Positions 1 through 13,172 of a DNA stretch of 64,000 nt are shown piece after piece. The stretch lies in the NCBI RefSeq assembly GCF_006345805.1, contig NC_042997.1:73284001-73348000 (forward strand), in the 5' to 3' direction. Below the pieces are notes generated by a model, which searched no databases, was not told the origin of the DNA, and saw only the letters and a list, made by a program, of their open reading frames with translations. Both the position numbers and the translations under genes were made by a program. The first letter of the stretch is position 1. Every line of letters begins with the position of its first letter. The DNA comes from Octopus sinensis. Lineage: Eukaryota.

Positions 1-975
1 TCATCGATCCAAAATACTTTTAAATGTCTTATCATATCCCTTCTGCAACATCTTTTAACCACCAAGTCTCGAAATCCATCCCTTGACCAAGTTAGCATAT
101 ATGAGGTTGATAACATTATAAGACTTGTAAGGCAGCTCCTTGAGCAACACTCTTTGTCTGATAAACAAATCGCACGACTCTACCGCAACATATCATCAGA
201 TGAAAGGATGAATCTATATGAGCAGAAGATTATGCCTCCGTGATGATAGTAACATCGATCTTCAAAGCAGTTTATCATGGACCAATAGCCGGATTACTAC
301 CTCCCCCTTTGAAGGGTATGCGTTTGCAATCGTAGAACAGCAAATATCAACCAAGTACTTGATGCACAAAAAGGATAGAGATGCAGGATAAGCCGTAAAA
401 TGTGACAACTGATGCAGACTTTGTGGAGTTCACACCGAAGATATCACCCACATCATAAGCAGTTGTCCGAAAATGTCATCACGGTATCATCTGCCGATGA
501 GAACTGACGTTGTAGATAGGACACTCTATAATAAAATCCGTCGGAAGGAAAATATCGAGGACAAAGAAATAAAAGCTCACAATATGGTAGAAGTCATAGC
601 CACTCATAATAAAAAGGAATACTGATGGAATGTGCCAGTGAAGACATCATTATAATGTAAGTACAAGAGACCTGATAAAATGATCTGGGATAAAGAAGAG
701 AAACTGTGCACAGTTGTGGAAATTAGCTGCCCAGTGGATGTTAACATAAAGCCGAAGATCAGTGAAAAACACAACACCTAGGCAGAACTCTTGAGAAATC
801 TGCAGTTACTCTATCCAGGGGCCCTGGGATAAGTAACACACTGCCTAAATACCAGTCTTGAAAAATTAGGCTTCTCAAAATCAGAAAGGAGAAAGGTAAT
901 TTGAAGGCTACAGATCCAATCCATCATTGGAACTGTAAAGATCTATAAAACTTTCCAGAAGTTTATCATTTAAAG
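1..975 (+). mobile_element. R4/Dong-type RLE non-LTR retrotransposon, decayed 3' fragment (copy A)
   Basis: Broken frames give CRLCGVHTEDITHIISSCPKMSSRY (CCHC knuckle) followed by KRPDKMIWDKEEKLCTVVEISCP (PD..D/E restriction-like endonuclease); multiple stops. Confidence 0.8.
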
Positions 976-1056
976 GTATATGAGCATGTTTTGATATGTA
1001 ACCATATTCATGAGAATACATACATAAAACATACAAATCTGCACATACATACATAG

Positions 1057-1440
1057 GCACAGGAGTGGCTGTGTGGTAAGTAGCTTGCTTACTAACCACA
1101 TGGTTCTGGGTTCAGTCGCACTGCGTGGCACCTTGGGCAAGTCTCTTCTACTATAACCTTGGGCCGACCAAAGCTTTGTGAGTGGATTTGATAGACAGAA
1201 ACTGAAAGAAGTCCGTCGTATATACATGTGTGTGTGTGCTTTTGTCCCCCACTATCGCTTGACAACCAATGTTGACGTGTTTATGCCCCCGTAACTTAGT
1301 GGCTCGGCAAAAAATAGTGATAGAATAAGTACTAAGTTTACAAAGAATAAGTCCTGGGGTCGATTTGTTTGACTAAAGGTGGTGCTCCAGCATGGCCGCA
1401 ATAAAATGACTAAAACAAATAAAAGAATAAAAGAATACAA
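1057..1440 (+). mobile_element. tRNA-derived SINE (octopus-type head plus tail)
   Basis: Head GGCTGTGTGGTAAGTAGCTTGC...GGTTCAGTC and tail GCTCCAGCATGGCCGCA...AAAAGAATA; the same family recurs at 19.8k, 26.6k, 29.3k, 34.0k and 38.1k. Confidence 0.85.
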
Positions 1441-1454
1441 ACAAAAATAGTTTG

Positions 1455-1620
1455 TTGTTGATGCTGAAATTCCAATGAAGGAACCTTGGATCTAGGTTAG
1501 AAACCGGTTCTTTCTCTATTGGCAAGAAATTTTGAAATAAACTGAATAATGACATACAGACACACATACATACATACATACATACATACATACATACATA
1601 CATACATACGTACATACATA
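1455..1620 (+). mobile_element. LINE 3' UTR-like repeat ending in (TACA)n
   Basis: GAAATTCCAATGAAGGAACCTTGGATCTAGGTTAGAA...GGCAAGAAAT is repeated at about 4050-4140 directly after an R4 3' end. Confidence 0.5.
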
Positions 1621-1639
1621 CTCAAAGGATATAAAATTA

Positions 1640-3085
1640 AAGTGTGGTCGGAATAAATGTTATATGGTTGGAAAAAGAGGAAAATCTCTAAACCAGACTA
1701 GTGACATTTCCATAAATTACTTGACTGTTTCCCTTGTGTCTGATTAAGAATGTTACAGGTATATAAGGGTGGATGAAGACATATCTTACAATGGTACCGG
1801 TAACAAACACGTGTCATTAAAGAATATTACAACCAAATAAAAAAAATTAGGACTGCAGAACTCTCTGCATTCATTAAAATAGTGACCCACAATATTGTTA
1901 CAGTACCAGTACTCATACCAATATTTGGGCTGTTTGATTGGATGCTTGATGAGATCCGAGCCATTGATGTGGAAACCCGGAAAATACTAACAAGCACACA
2001 TACTTTTCACATAAACAGTTACGCAGACCGCTTCTACCTAAAACGAAAATAAGGCGACAGAGGCTTAAATTTAATCAATAATGTCTTTGAACGTCTTATC
2101 ATATACATTCGACAACATCTTTCAATCATCAAGTGTCGAAGTATAACCCTTGACCAAGTTTGCGTACATGAGGTTGGTAACATCATAAGACTTGGAAGGC
2201 AGGTCCTTGAGCAGCATTTCTTGTCTGTTAACCTTAAATACCACAGAAGTCGCATGACTATCGCAACGATGATGAAAGGATGAATGTATATGAGCAGAAG
2301 ACCATGCATGGATATGTTAGTATAAAGCTCAGAGACGATAGTAACATTGAGCAACAAAGCAGTCAAACATGGATCAACAACCGGTGTATTACCACCCACT
2401 TTGAAGGATACGCTTTTGCAATCCAGAAACAGTAAGTATTGACCAAATAACAGTTGCACAAAAGGGATAGAGATGCAGGAAAAGCCGTAAAATGTGACAA
2501 CTGATGCAGACTTTGTGGAGTTAACACCGAAGTTATCGCCCACATCATAAGCAGTTGTCCAAAAATGTCATCACGTTATTATCTACGGATGAGACATGAT
2601 GTTGTAGCTAGGACACCGTATAACGAGATCCGGCGAAAGGATAACCCCGAGGATAAAGATATGAGAACCACAGCATAGTGGAAACCATAGGCCTGATATA
2701 TTGATTTGGGATAGAGAAAAATTTTGTACTGTTGTGGACGTTAACGTAAAGCTGAAGACCAGTGAAAAAGAGAATAGCTACACTGAACTATTGAGAAATC
2801 TGCAATTAATTTATCCAGATTGCAAGTTCAGGTTTATACCTGTAATTATTGGGGCACTGAGATAAATAACATACTGCCTAAATTGCAATCTTGAGAAATT
2901 AATCTTCCCAAGACAAGAAAGGAGAAAGCTGATTCGAAGACGACAAATCTAAACCATCAATGGAACTGCAACAGTCTGTAGAACTTTCCAGAAGTTTATC
3001 ATATAAGTATATGTCAGCATGCCTAAATATGCAAGTATATGCATGACAAGACATACTTAAAGCATACAAATCTGCACGTATACAC
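1640..3085 (+). mobile_element. R4/Dong-type RLE LINE, decayed 3' part (copy B)
   Basis: RT C-terminal motif DRFYLKRK*GDRGL, then CRLCGVNTEVIAHIISSCPKMSSRY and the RLE tail; collinear with copy A. Confidence 0.75.
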
Positions 3086-3460
3086 ACGAGGGGTGTATGA
3101 AAAGTTTTAAGCCTAACATAGAAATGGGGCTTCTAGGTAGCTGAAACGATTTTTTCTGGTAAGTACAGTCTTTTCGGAGTATTCTTACACATTTTCATGA
3201 TTCTGATATTTAAATTTTTTTTGTTACAGATTTTTGAATAAACAAGTGTCGAGGTTACAAGGAAAATGGAGAAAACTAAGTATTGTGCTGTCATAAAGTA
3301 CCTTCATTTGAAAGGCATGACTCCATCAGAAATCCATGAAGATATGGTGAGAACCTTAACTGACAATGTCCCTTCATATGCAACGGTCAAACGCTGGGTA
3401 AATGAATTCCAGCGTGGCAGGGAGAGTGTGGAAGATGATCCCAGACCAGGGAGGAAGTTT
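3086..3460 (+). mobile_element. mariner transposon 5' fragment (TIR plus transposase HTH)
   Basis: Starts ACGAGGGGTGTATGAAAAGTT; ORF at 3266 MEKTKYCAVIKYLHLKGMTPSEIHEDM...TVKRWVNEFQRGRESVEDDPRPGR is a typical mariner N-terminal HTH; truncated. Confidence 0.85.
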
Positions 3461-3584
3461 ATTGGAGTGTCAAAGAAAAGAGTTCCTCTACGCCGGGATA
3501 ATGGTGCTTTAGCACCGCTGGAGCACCTCAGCCATCGAGGGGGACAATGTTGAAAAATAAATCATTAGAAATTTTGAAATATGT

Positions 3585-3747
3585 TTTATACATACATACA
3601 TACATACATAAATTTTGAAATATGTTTTATACATACATACATACATACATAAATACATACATACATACATACATACATACATACATACATACATACATAC
3701 ATACATACATACATACATACATACATACATACATACATACATACATA
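3585..3747. repeat. (TACA)n microsatellite
   Basis: Direct reading. Confidence 0.95.
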
Positions 3748-3749
3748 CG

Positions 3750-4150
3750 TACAATCTCTTTGAAAATCAAAGTCAAAGATGGTAACTATGGACAACTGCT
3801 TCGAAACCTCCAGCTTCTATATCCGGATTATAAATTTACATTTACATCAATAATAACAGGAGCACTTGGTTTTGTAAGTGAACGGCTAACTGTCAGAAAA
3901 AGAGATCAACTTGCTGGCTCTCACATTACAATCTGTAAGCGGAACAGTAAAATTGTTAGAAACGAGCTCTTTCTTCAGAGGAAGAATTTAAATGATTTGA
4001 TACAGAACATACATACATACATACATACATACAAAAATACCGTTATTGATGTTGAAATTCCAATGAAGGAGCTTTGGATCTAGGTTAGAAGCGGCTAATT
4101 CTCTATTGGCAAGAAATCTTGAAATAAAATTTTATAAGGACATACATATA
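3750..4150 (+). mobile_element. R4/Dong LINE 3' end (copy C), near-duplicate of about 6030-6300
   Basis: High identity to 6030-6300 with an internal deletion of about 23 bp between TCAG microhomologies; flanked by (TACA)n. Confidence 0.75.
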
Positions 4151-4152
4151 TA

Positions 4153-4195
<43 letters not shown>

Positions 4196-4224
4196 TCATA
4201 CATACACACATACACACATACATG

Positions 4225-5000
4225 CATACATATATGGGATAAAGTGTTGTGAGTCTAAATGTGATTCTATGATATGGAAAACCTGTACCCTCCTCTGAAA
4301 ACCTAAAAATGAATGGTTTTACTGTAGTCTGCTGACAATTATAGTTATCTCGGACAGGATGAGAATGTCAGAACCATAAATGAGAAGAGGAATATAATTG
4401 AGTACCTCGAGAGAGTAAAGAGAACATGGTCATCAAATCTTTCAGCTTACAACAAGCACACTACCCACAATACCTATGCAGTGCCAGTTCTCACGACTAC
4501 ATTTGACCTTTTGAATTGGTCACTACAAGAACTAAATGTGACAGATGTTCGAACTCGCAAGCCGCTCACTGTTACAGGAAACTTCAACATCAATGGAGAC
4601 AGGCTATACTTTCCATGCAAGGAAGGTGACCGTAGTCTCAGATCTGTACTGATGTCATATAAAGCACAGATATTGTTGTGTGAGACTACAAAGTAAAGAC
4701 ATCTGTTGTGGAAATCAGCTGTCCTCTGGACACGAATATGGTTAGAAAAATGCAAGAGAAAGAGGGCATCTATGGACCATTGATAAGAAGTTTGCAAATC
4801 CATCCAGTACTCAAGATATACTTCCAGCTTCATATCTATTATTATTGAAGCACCAGAATAGATACCAACCCGTCTGAAGCAGAGTATGGCTGAACTTGCA
4901 ATCTTGGGTAGAGAATGTAAATCCTTAATTCATAAGGTACAAATGATCACGATATCTGGTACTATAAAAATTTGCAAGACCTTCTTAAGCTATAAAGAAT
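4225..5000 (+). mobile_element. R4/Dong LINE decayed, internally deleted fragment (copy D)
   Basis: YAVPVLTTTFDLLNWSLQEL...DRLYFPCKEGDRSLRSV, then VEISCPLD RLE tail. Confidence 0.7.
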
Positions 5001-5139
5001 GACGGTTAAATTATGATACTTTAAGTCGGTAGCCGGTCAAAATATTGTCTCTTACAAGACAATATCTCATAATGAATTTTCAGTACCAGTGTCGATTCCA
5101 ACACTTGGGATACTTGACTGGTCTTTATAAGAAATCCAC

Positions 5140-6300
5140 TCCATAAACATTAAAACCTGCAAGATTATGACATCAACTGGAAATCTTCACAAAAATAGTG
5201 ATATCAACAGGCTCCGCCTATGAAGAGATGAAGGAAGTAGGGGGTTGAGATCAGTGCAGAAAGCCTTGAATGTCGCATAGTCTCTCTCAGACAGCACTTG
5301 CTAAACAACAGCAGCAAAATTGGATACATTAACTAGGAGCTGAAAAGTGAAAAAAAACAATATCCAATGTGTTCTAAGTGAGCTCTGAAGCAGGTACTTT
5401 CTTCCTGATGACTTCTTATATAACTTCAAATCAACCGAATAGCATATCTCAAACAAGACCTGGAAGTGTAATTCCCAGCACATCAAATAGGACTATGCAT
5501 GATTGTTTCTCATAGACTTAAAGAAGCTAGTAACGTTGAACGTTGACATGAAGCGAAGCCTCTCTTGGACTTGTAATCCCTACATCACATCACATTTTGA
5601 AGGCTATGCATTTGTAATCCAAGAACAGGAGATTGCTACTAAATACCTAATCAACAAAAGAGACAGTGAAGCCCTTGAAGTTCCAAGATGCAACCATAAA
5701 TGTTAATTATATCATATTTCCGTGAACGACATCACATATGCGATTAGCAGCCGCCCAAAAATGTCAAGGTACTACCTCTCTATGCGACATGACGTTGTTG
5801 CTAAAACAATATACAATACCATTCAGAAAAAAAATTGTCATGAAATATATAGAGAGAATCCCCCTGCTATTGAATGCATACATAAATACCAGCACAAGGA
5901 ATACTGGTAGAACTTTCCAATCAAAACACCCGTCAGGGGCAAACGTAACAGGCCGGTTATTATTGTTTGGGACAGATAAGAGAAAGTGTGTACCGTCATA
6001 GAGGTCAGCTGTCCTGCTGATGTGAACAACTCTTTGAAAATCAAAGTCAAAGAAGGTAACTATGGAAAACTGCTTCGAAGCCTCCAGCTTCTAAATCCGG
6101 GTTATAAATTTACATTTACATCAATAATAACAGGAGCACTTGGTTTTGTAAGTAAACGGTTAACTGTCAGTCTAGATATGCTTGGATTTTCAGAAAAAGA
6201 AATCAACTTCCTGGCTCTCACATTACAATCTGTAAGCGGAACAGTAAAATTGTTAGAAACGAGCTCTTTCTTCAGAGGAAGAATTTAAATGATTTAATAC
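5140..6300 (+). mobile_element. R4/Dong LINE decayed 3' part (copy E)
   Basis: SHFEGYAFVIQEQEIATKYL, MRHDVVAKTIYN, RPVIIVWDR*EKVCTVIEVSCP; ends in (TACA)n at 6305-6441. Confidence 0.8.
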
Positions 6301-6618
6301 AGAACATACATACATACATACATACATACATACATACATACATACATACATACACACATACATACATACATACATACATACATACATACATACATACATA
6401 CATACATACATACATACATACATACATACATACATACATACACTGGATTATTGCCCGGAAAAGTCTAATATTCTTATAATCCAAGTTGCTAATAGGTGAA
6501 AACATATTTCGGCAGAACAATTGTTTACTATAAGAAATGTATAGCTCGACATTGGTATAAAAAGCTATGAGATAAACTTTATATCTTTTATATCGTTTAC
6601 AAAAGCTGTATAAATTAG

Positions 6619-6745
6619 ATCTTACAGCTGTTTCGGCCATGTCGATAATTATGTCTCATTTTACCAATATTAGCCCTTTATGGTTGGTCAATATATAGAT
6701 ATAAATGAGACATTAACAAAAATATCACAAGGCCTCTTCGGAGAT
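6619..6745 (-). ncRNA. Type I hammerhead ribozyme with long stem II (U4C core change)
   Basis: Minus strand: ATCT-CCGAAGA-GGCC[~92-nt hairpin including ATGTCTCATTT/AAATGAGACAT]GGCC-GAAA-CAGCTG-TA-AGAT. Confidence 0.65.
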
Positions 6746-8405
6746 TGTGTAATATAACTCAGTTTACATATATACCCACATGGGTGTGGGTGCGTACCCA
6801 CAATACAACATATATATATGCATATGAGTGCATATGCTCATATTCCTATACATATAAAAATATACATTTACATAATGATATAAATAAATAATATAAATTA
6901 GTAAACATATATATGTGTTCCACACTCAATGTCTCAGTTTTTCGAATTAATATTGTGATAATAAACATACACAAATTAATACCTAGATGCAAATATACAT
7001 AGTCAATAGTACATTATATTACTTCATAAAAGTTTCTAAAGTGTCATTAAAGTTAGTATCATTATCGTTGTCAATACCATTAATGTTATCATTGTTATCA
7101 TTCATAATATTATTAATAACTCTTACATTATGATCCAGAGCGGAATATATGTATATCCGTGTTCCAGTTAATAATTTTCCTTATGGCATAAATACACTAT
7201 TGGATTTGAATTTAAAATTATCATTATCTTCCTCACGGTTGGTCAATTGAGAATCGCCCGACCTCCACCACACCGTACAAGCAAAACATACACATCCACA
7301 TCTAACCCTAAACCCATACATCCACACAGAGACTCACACACACATGTACACACACATGAATACAACCCGACACATCTCTACAATAAATTGGAGAGTGCAT
7401 GTCTGTCATCGTATGGCTTATAGACATATCAGTACAGGCAGCAGTGTCTAACACTAACACACACACTCGCACGCACATCCGCATATACGCATAAATATTA
7501 TTACACTTTCCTATACTGTGTCAGGGAACTTTCGCACACACACACATATATATATATATTTAAATATATATCTGCGCACTCATACGTACAAATAAAACCC
7601 ATATTTGTATCTACCCATGAATGAATATTCGCATATACATATATACACATCCAAGTACGCACCTGCGTGCTTATATGTGTAATAGAAACATACATCCGTA
7701 CATCCACCCACGATCATACCTGTATGTACAAAAACATATATACTTACACATACACATTTTCACACACCTACAGAGGTTACTATTAATTTAGAATAAGTTT
7801 ATTAATTATAAGTTAAATTAATTATAGATTAGTAAGTGCCAAATAAACAAAAATAAATAATTAAATAAATAAATATGAATATATATATACATACACAAAC
7901 ACACACATATATATATATATATACACATATCCATGTATAGATAAATAGATAAATAAATGGAATACAAATCAAGGAGGGCATAAACATAAACCTATTATAG
8001 TAAGTATAAGTGGATACGCCGGGATGCACCCACATGCACATACATGTGCGTGCACGCCCTCGCACAACCCCCAATAGACCAACCGTAAAAAAAGAGAATC
8101 CCACATTATATGCTTATCGAGATAAACAACTTATAGTAATTATAGACTCTTACATATTACATATTGGTATAGTAAAAACTCAAACTAGTGCCCTAAGATA
8201 TGATGCACCTATACATCTTACACCTATATCATGCATATATCAGAATAACTATATATTTTTGTATATTTTTTTCAGTCGGGACAGAAACAATTAATGTAGA
8301 ACACATACATGGAGACACAAAATTTATAAATTATAAATTGTAAGGACCAATAGTACAGTCCTATATAGATGAATGCTAAAAGGTTACTGGTAGAATAATT
8401 AGATG

Positions 8406-9218
8406 TTATTTAAATCTAGAGAAAGTGTACGCCAATTTGTGAAGGCAAAAAAAATTTCGCTCATTAATGCTGTTAATAATGGGTTGGCCGGCTTTGATGA
8501 TGAAGAAAATTTCATTGATACATAAAGAGCATTTTTTATTTCTACTATTGTATACAGGTGCAGATGTTAGTATTTCCCAATCTAATTTAAAATCTATGTT
8601 CTTACTCTTGAGTTCCCAGATATACGTACTTAGCCCCGTAGAGTTCATCCTATTTTTATTTTTAAAAGTATATCTATGATAGTTTAGCCGTTGTTTTATA
8701 CTATTTTTAGTCGCACCAATGTACACCCTGCTATTATATTGTGTATTTACAGTGCATTGGTAAACCACCTCTCTTCTCAGACATTTATTACCAAATACAC
8801 ATTGATTCTTGCTTCTGCAATTGCAGCCATTAACAGATTGAGCAGATTTAACCCTGGCAGAAATCTCCGTAGCCCTATTTCTGTTGATATTATTGGACTT
8901 ATTTTCACTACTACCCATGTTTATCTTTCTATCATTATAGAGGCAATCCAATTTCTTGTTGTTGAAGGAGGAGATGATGGTGGCTAGATTATTCGTGATA
9001 CTATATCCTATTCTAATAGTTCTATTGTTAATTATTTGGCTAAATTTATTCTTACCCTTAGTAAATAGTCTATATATTACTTTATGTATAGTTCTGACTA
9101 TATCGGTTTTAATCTGCATTGCATATGGTATTATTAGCCATAGAGTATCGTCGTCACTATGTGGATTACTCCTCAAGTTGTTATTCTTGGGAAAAACTCT
9201 ATTATTCTTCCAACCCAT
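8406..9218 (-). CDS. Naiad-type Penelope-like element, linker plus GIY-YIG endonuclease (remnant ORF)
   Basis: CNCRSKNQC...VVYQCTV...VYIGATK...RLNYH...STGLSTYIWELK...WEIL...CSLCINE...CLH; the upstream RT is too decayed to trace. Confidence 0.85.
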   Translation of the reverse strand: MGWKNNRVFPKNNNLRSNPHSDDDTLWLIIPYAMQIKTDIVRTIHKVIYRLFTKGKNKFSQIINNRTIRIGYSITNNLATIISSFNNKKLDCLYNDRKINMGSSENKSNNINRNRATEISARVKSAQSVNGCNCRSKNQCVFGNKCLRREVVYQCTVNTQYNSRVYIGATKNSIKQRLNYHRYTFKNKNRMNSTGLSTYIWELKSKNIDFKLDWEILTSAPVYNSRNKKCSLCINEIFFIIKAGQPIINSINERNFFCLHKLAYTFSRFK

Positions 9219-10325
9219 ATGCTTTCTACCCTTAGTATTGTCAATATAATGCCTAGAATTCCCCTTTAGATTGGTTTTATTAGTGACTTTATTGTTATTC
9301 TTATTCCTATTATTATTATTGTTTAGATGAACTTCATTATTACCATAAATATTATCAATGTTGTGATTGAGTATTATCTGGTAATTGATATTTGATTTAG
9401 ATGTATTTCTCCATTTTCTTATCTTGTATATATTTATATATATTAAATTAGGTCAGGGCATATCTGAGCGTTCTAGTAGGCTTGGTCTCTGTGTTAAAGA
9501 AGATTAAATAGAATTACTATTAAACTAAATTACATCGATATAGTTTTACCTTATATATTCTAAGATATCCATAAGGCGGGTGTATTTTTAAGTTGAATTT
9601 TAGGTTATACGGAAGTTGCCATACCTGTATGCGTTCCTATGATTTATAAGAAAAAAAAGGAAGATATTTTAAGCTAGTGATAATAACGATATCTAGCTGA
9701 AAGTTAAGCCAGGTAATATCGTGACGTATATATCTATCATTCAGCATCTCCCACTTGTGTATCGGATAGAATATAACCTATACATGTATGAAAAATGCAT
9801 AAAGATTTTCCCATGCAATTGTAAACATCTCAAGGCCTGTTCTAGTCTGTTGTTAGGCAATTGGTTGCTTCGATGTAAAAATCTGGTACATTTCTTTAAT
9901 ACATAAATCACATCTCTTTCCCTCTGTTCTATAAGCTACAACCTTGCTTGTAGAAAGACCCTGAATGAATGTGCGCAGTAGATTATGCTGGGTTGCATAC
10001 GGAACTGCACATACTCTGTGCAGCACAAGAATATGTCGGTCATTTTAACCAACTAATTATGCTGTATGACTAATTGTAAAATTAAAATTGAAGATGAATT
10101 AGTTTCTGTATTCTTTGTAATTCCTTGAAATTTATACTCCAGATACTAATCATAATTCAGCGAAGCGAACCCCGGAATTACCCATCATAAGAATTACAGT
10201 GGGATTGCTCATACTAAGCGATCATTGATGTTTATTACTACTTAATGTGGTTAACCGAAACCTAGAATATACCTGAGAGCTATTACGTTATCTGCCTAGA
10301 TAACCTTATCCCCATATACTCACAT

Positions 10326-10391
<66 letters not shown>

Positions 10392-10506
10392 AAAAGCAAT
10401 TTAGATTCAAGTCAATTCTAATGAATTTACTTGAATGCGGTACTTAACTTAGATGCACCAGAAAACTATATGGTGTTAACCATACAGTAATGTGGGGTGA
10501 TTATAA

Positions 10507-10838
10507 ACGAGAAAGAAGCAACAAGAATGGATAAGTTTTTAGTACAATTGTTTCATACAAAGACAGGCTTTATTAAAAGTTGAAAATATTGCAGCAGATA
10601 AAAGTGTCCCGTACTCATCAGCTAAAACACATATGAGTTCTCCAGACATCTTAGTGGGTGAGGCTACACTCATGAAGTATTGGAGATAATTTCATTAAAA
10701 GCAGATTTAGGTTGTAAACAGACTTCCGAAGTTCTTTAATGATGATGCACAGTCTTATCACAGGTTTTTAAAAAAAGCTTATTAGCTTCACAGAGAAGGT
10801 GAATTAATCCGTAGTGTAGATGTAAAATTCCAGAGATA
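10507..10838. repeat. Left arm of a ~300-330-bp inverted repeat (partner 12337-12634)
   Basis: Near-identical reverse complement of 12337-12634; the right arm lacks about 31 nt. Confidence 0.9.
10537..10627 (-). ncRNA. Type I hammerhead ribozyme with long stem II
   Basis: Minus strand: TTTTAG-CTGATGA-GTAC[~52 nt]GTAT-GAAA-CAATTG-TA-CTAAAA; canonical core, 6-bp stem I, GUA site. Confidence 0.8.
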
Positions 10839-10989
10839 TGAGGAGGAATTCATACTCACAGACGATGAATTTATCCATGGTTATCCACAATGAGGTGGGT
10901 ATAATTTCATGCTATATGATAAGGTATTTGTCACATTACTGTTCTCTTCACAAGACTGCTATGTTATGACTTCTAAAGGCTGAAGGAAT

Positions 10990-11215
10990 TTTTGTGGAGC
11001 AAAGTAAAGAAAAGAAAGGAAAGAGAAGAAAAGAGACAAGGAAAAGGAAAAAAAGAAAAAAGAAAAAAGAAAAAAAGAAAAAAGAAAAAAGAAAAAAGAA
11101 AAAAGAAAAAAGAAAAAAGAAAAAAGAAAAAAAGAAAAAAAAAAGAAAAAGAAAAAAAGAAAAAAGAAAAAAGAAAAAAAAGGGGAAGAAGGGAGAAAAA
11201 AAAACGCCCACATAG
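10990..11215. repeat. (GAAAAAA)n purine-rich simple repeat
   Basis: Direct reading; source of the spurious poly-K and poly-F ORFs. Confidence 0.95.
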
Positions 11216-11959
11216 AGTATACTGTGACAACTGAGAGGGAAAGGGGCCGCAGGTGACGCCTGGCTGGCTTCGAATTTGCAGGAATCTAAGAACTATAAGG
11301 AGAATATTATTTTTGACCAGTAAACAGCTATTTATTGCCAACCTGACGTAGCTGAAAGCAGATATGAGAATCTAAAGAGATAACAAGGTCAGGGATAGAG
11401 GGGTCAAAGGCTATCATCAAAAGGAAATACATTAAGAGAAAAGAATAAGTGCAATCCTAACAAGAGGTCATTTAAATTTATTTATTTATTTATTTATTAC
11501 TGTTACTGTCTTAAATTGTTGCCGTTACTATCTATACATTGACAGACTACAGGTCAATACTTAGAAGTTAGTTTACAAGGTGTGAGGGAATTGCCTATTT
11601 ATATTGAAATTTCTCATACTACTTTCAAGGGAGTAGCATTACTTATTTAATTTTGTAATAGAATTATGAAGCCTTGGTAACTTATTTTATTAAAGTTGTG
11701 TTACCTAAATTAGATTACATTAAAAATTAAAAATTAAAAATTAAATTTAAAATTAAATAAATAAAACTTCATTCAAGCAACGTACAAGTACTATTTGTTT
11801 TCTTTTGCTCAAAATCAGGTGCAGTTATAAAGAAAAAGATAACTGTAGTGTGAGAGCTCGCAGTTATCTACTTAAAAAATTAAAGTTATGCTATACTAGT
11901 AAAAAACAAGTTATATCTATCTATCTATCTATCTTGTTACGATTATTCTATACGGTTAT

Positions 11960-12328
11960 TCATTTAAAATATGTTAGAGTCTTCAATTTTGCGTGGACAC
12001 AAACTTGACCTAATTCAATATGGTTATTTAACAAACCCCTATTTTTTCTATGCTTTAGAATTTCAAACGTCTCCATGGAGCAGAGTTGGCAACCTACCCT
12101 ATTATTTTTATACGGCATTGCTCTTCTAACTATTTCCCACTTAAGGTTATAATTCCTATTATTATTTTTGAGTTCCCAGATCTTATTTGAAAGCGTGGTG
12201 GTACCAGCTTTATGACGTAATTTAAAAGATGAGACGTGGTTTCTAACTCTATCTCTAAAATTTATCGTACAACCAATGTAAAAAAATTTGTTATTCTCAG
12301 TAGATATGGTACATTTATAGATTACGTT
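11960..12328 (-). pseudogene. Naiad-type PLE GIY-YIG endonuclease fragment
   Basis: Minus strand NVIYKCTI...FYIGCT...TTLSNKIWELK...LKWEIVRRAMPY...CQLCSME...CVH; frameshifted. Confidence 0.8.
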
Positions 12329-12336
12329 ATTTACGT

Positions 12337-12632
12337 TATCTCTGGAATTTTACATCTACACTACGGATTAATTCACCTTCTCTGTGAAGCTAATAAGCTT
12401 TTTTAAAAACCTGTGATAAGACTGTGCATCATCATTAAAGAACTTCGGAAGTCTGTTTACAACCTAAATCTGCTTTTAATGAAATTATCTCCAATACTTC
12501 ATGAGTGTAGCCTCACCCACTAAGATGTTTGGAGAACTCATATCTGCTGCAATATTTGCAACTTTTAATAAAGCCTGTCTTTGTATGAAACAATTGTACT
12601 AAAAACTAATCCATTCTTGTTGCTTCTTTCTC

Positions 12633-12634
<2 letters not shown>
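12337..12634. repeat. Right arm of the inverted repeat, ending in (TA)n
   Basis: Reverse complement of 10507-10838; the CTGATGA segment is deleted. Confidence 0.9.
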
Positions 12635-12670
<36 letters not shown>

Positions 12671-12774
12671 ATTCGCCTTCAAGTAACACGGACAACGACC
12701 CGACTAAGGATAGCCCCCATCAACACTACACTAGCGCAGATAGAATACGTTATGTGGCATCAGAGACAGAAATA

Positions 12775-13172
12775 AGTGCCAATTTTCTAATAGGTGTAAA
12801 ACAGAAAATGTAGTATACCAATGCGACGTACTCGCACATAACCATACGAAATCGTATGTAGGCGCCACAAAAAAATAATAATACTGAGATACAACTCACA
12901 CCAATCTAGCTTTAGAAATAGAAATAAAGCAAACTCTACAAGGCTTAGTAGCTACATCTGGTGCATTAAAGGATAAAAAAATTAATTATAGTTTAAAATA
13001 GAGCATCCTAGCAACCACCTCTTCTTATAACACTACTAATAGGCGGTGCGATTTCTGTAAAAACAGAGCGCCTGAAAATATTAATGGTTAAACCGCATTT
13101 ACTGAATAAAAGACATGAAAATAATTTTTTTGTCTGCATATAGGCCAATTTGTCTTCTCTAAGTTTCGCTAA
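12775..13172 (+). pseudogene. Naiad-type PLE GIY-YIG endonuclease fragment
   Basis: NVVYQCDV...SYVGATK...STRLSSYIW...CDFC...FFCLH; homologous to 8406-9218. Confidence 0.8.

Noticed and set aside
10973-11341. Poly-K/poly-F, (YI)n, (MYVC)n, (HT)n and poly-N/D/H ORFs here and throughout the track
   Set aside because: These are translations of microsatellites with no coding signal.
8406-13172. Selenocysteine (UGA) recoding reported for some Naiad PLEs
   Set aside because: The endonuclease cysteines in all three Naiad fragments are TGT/TGC; there is no conserved in-frame TGA.
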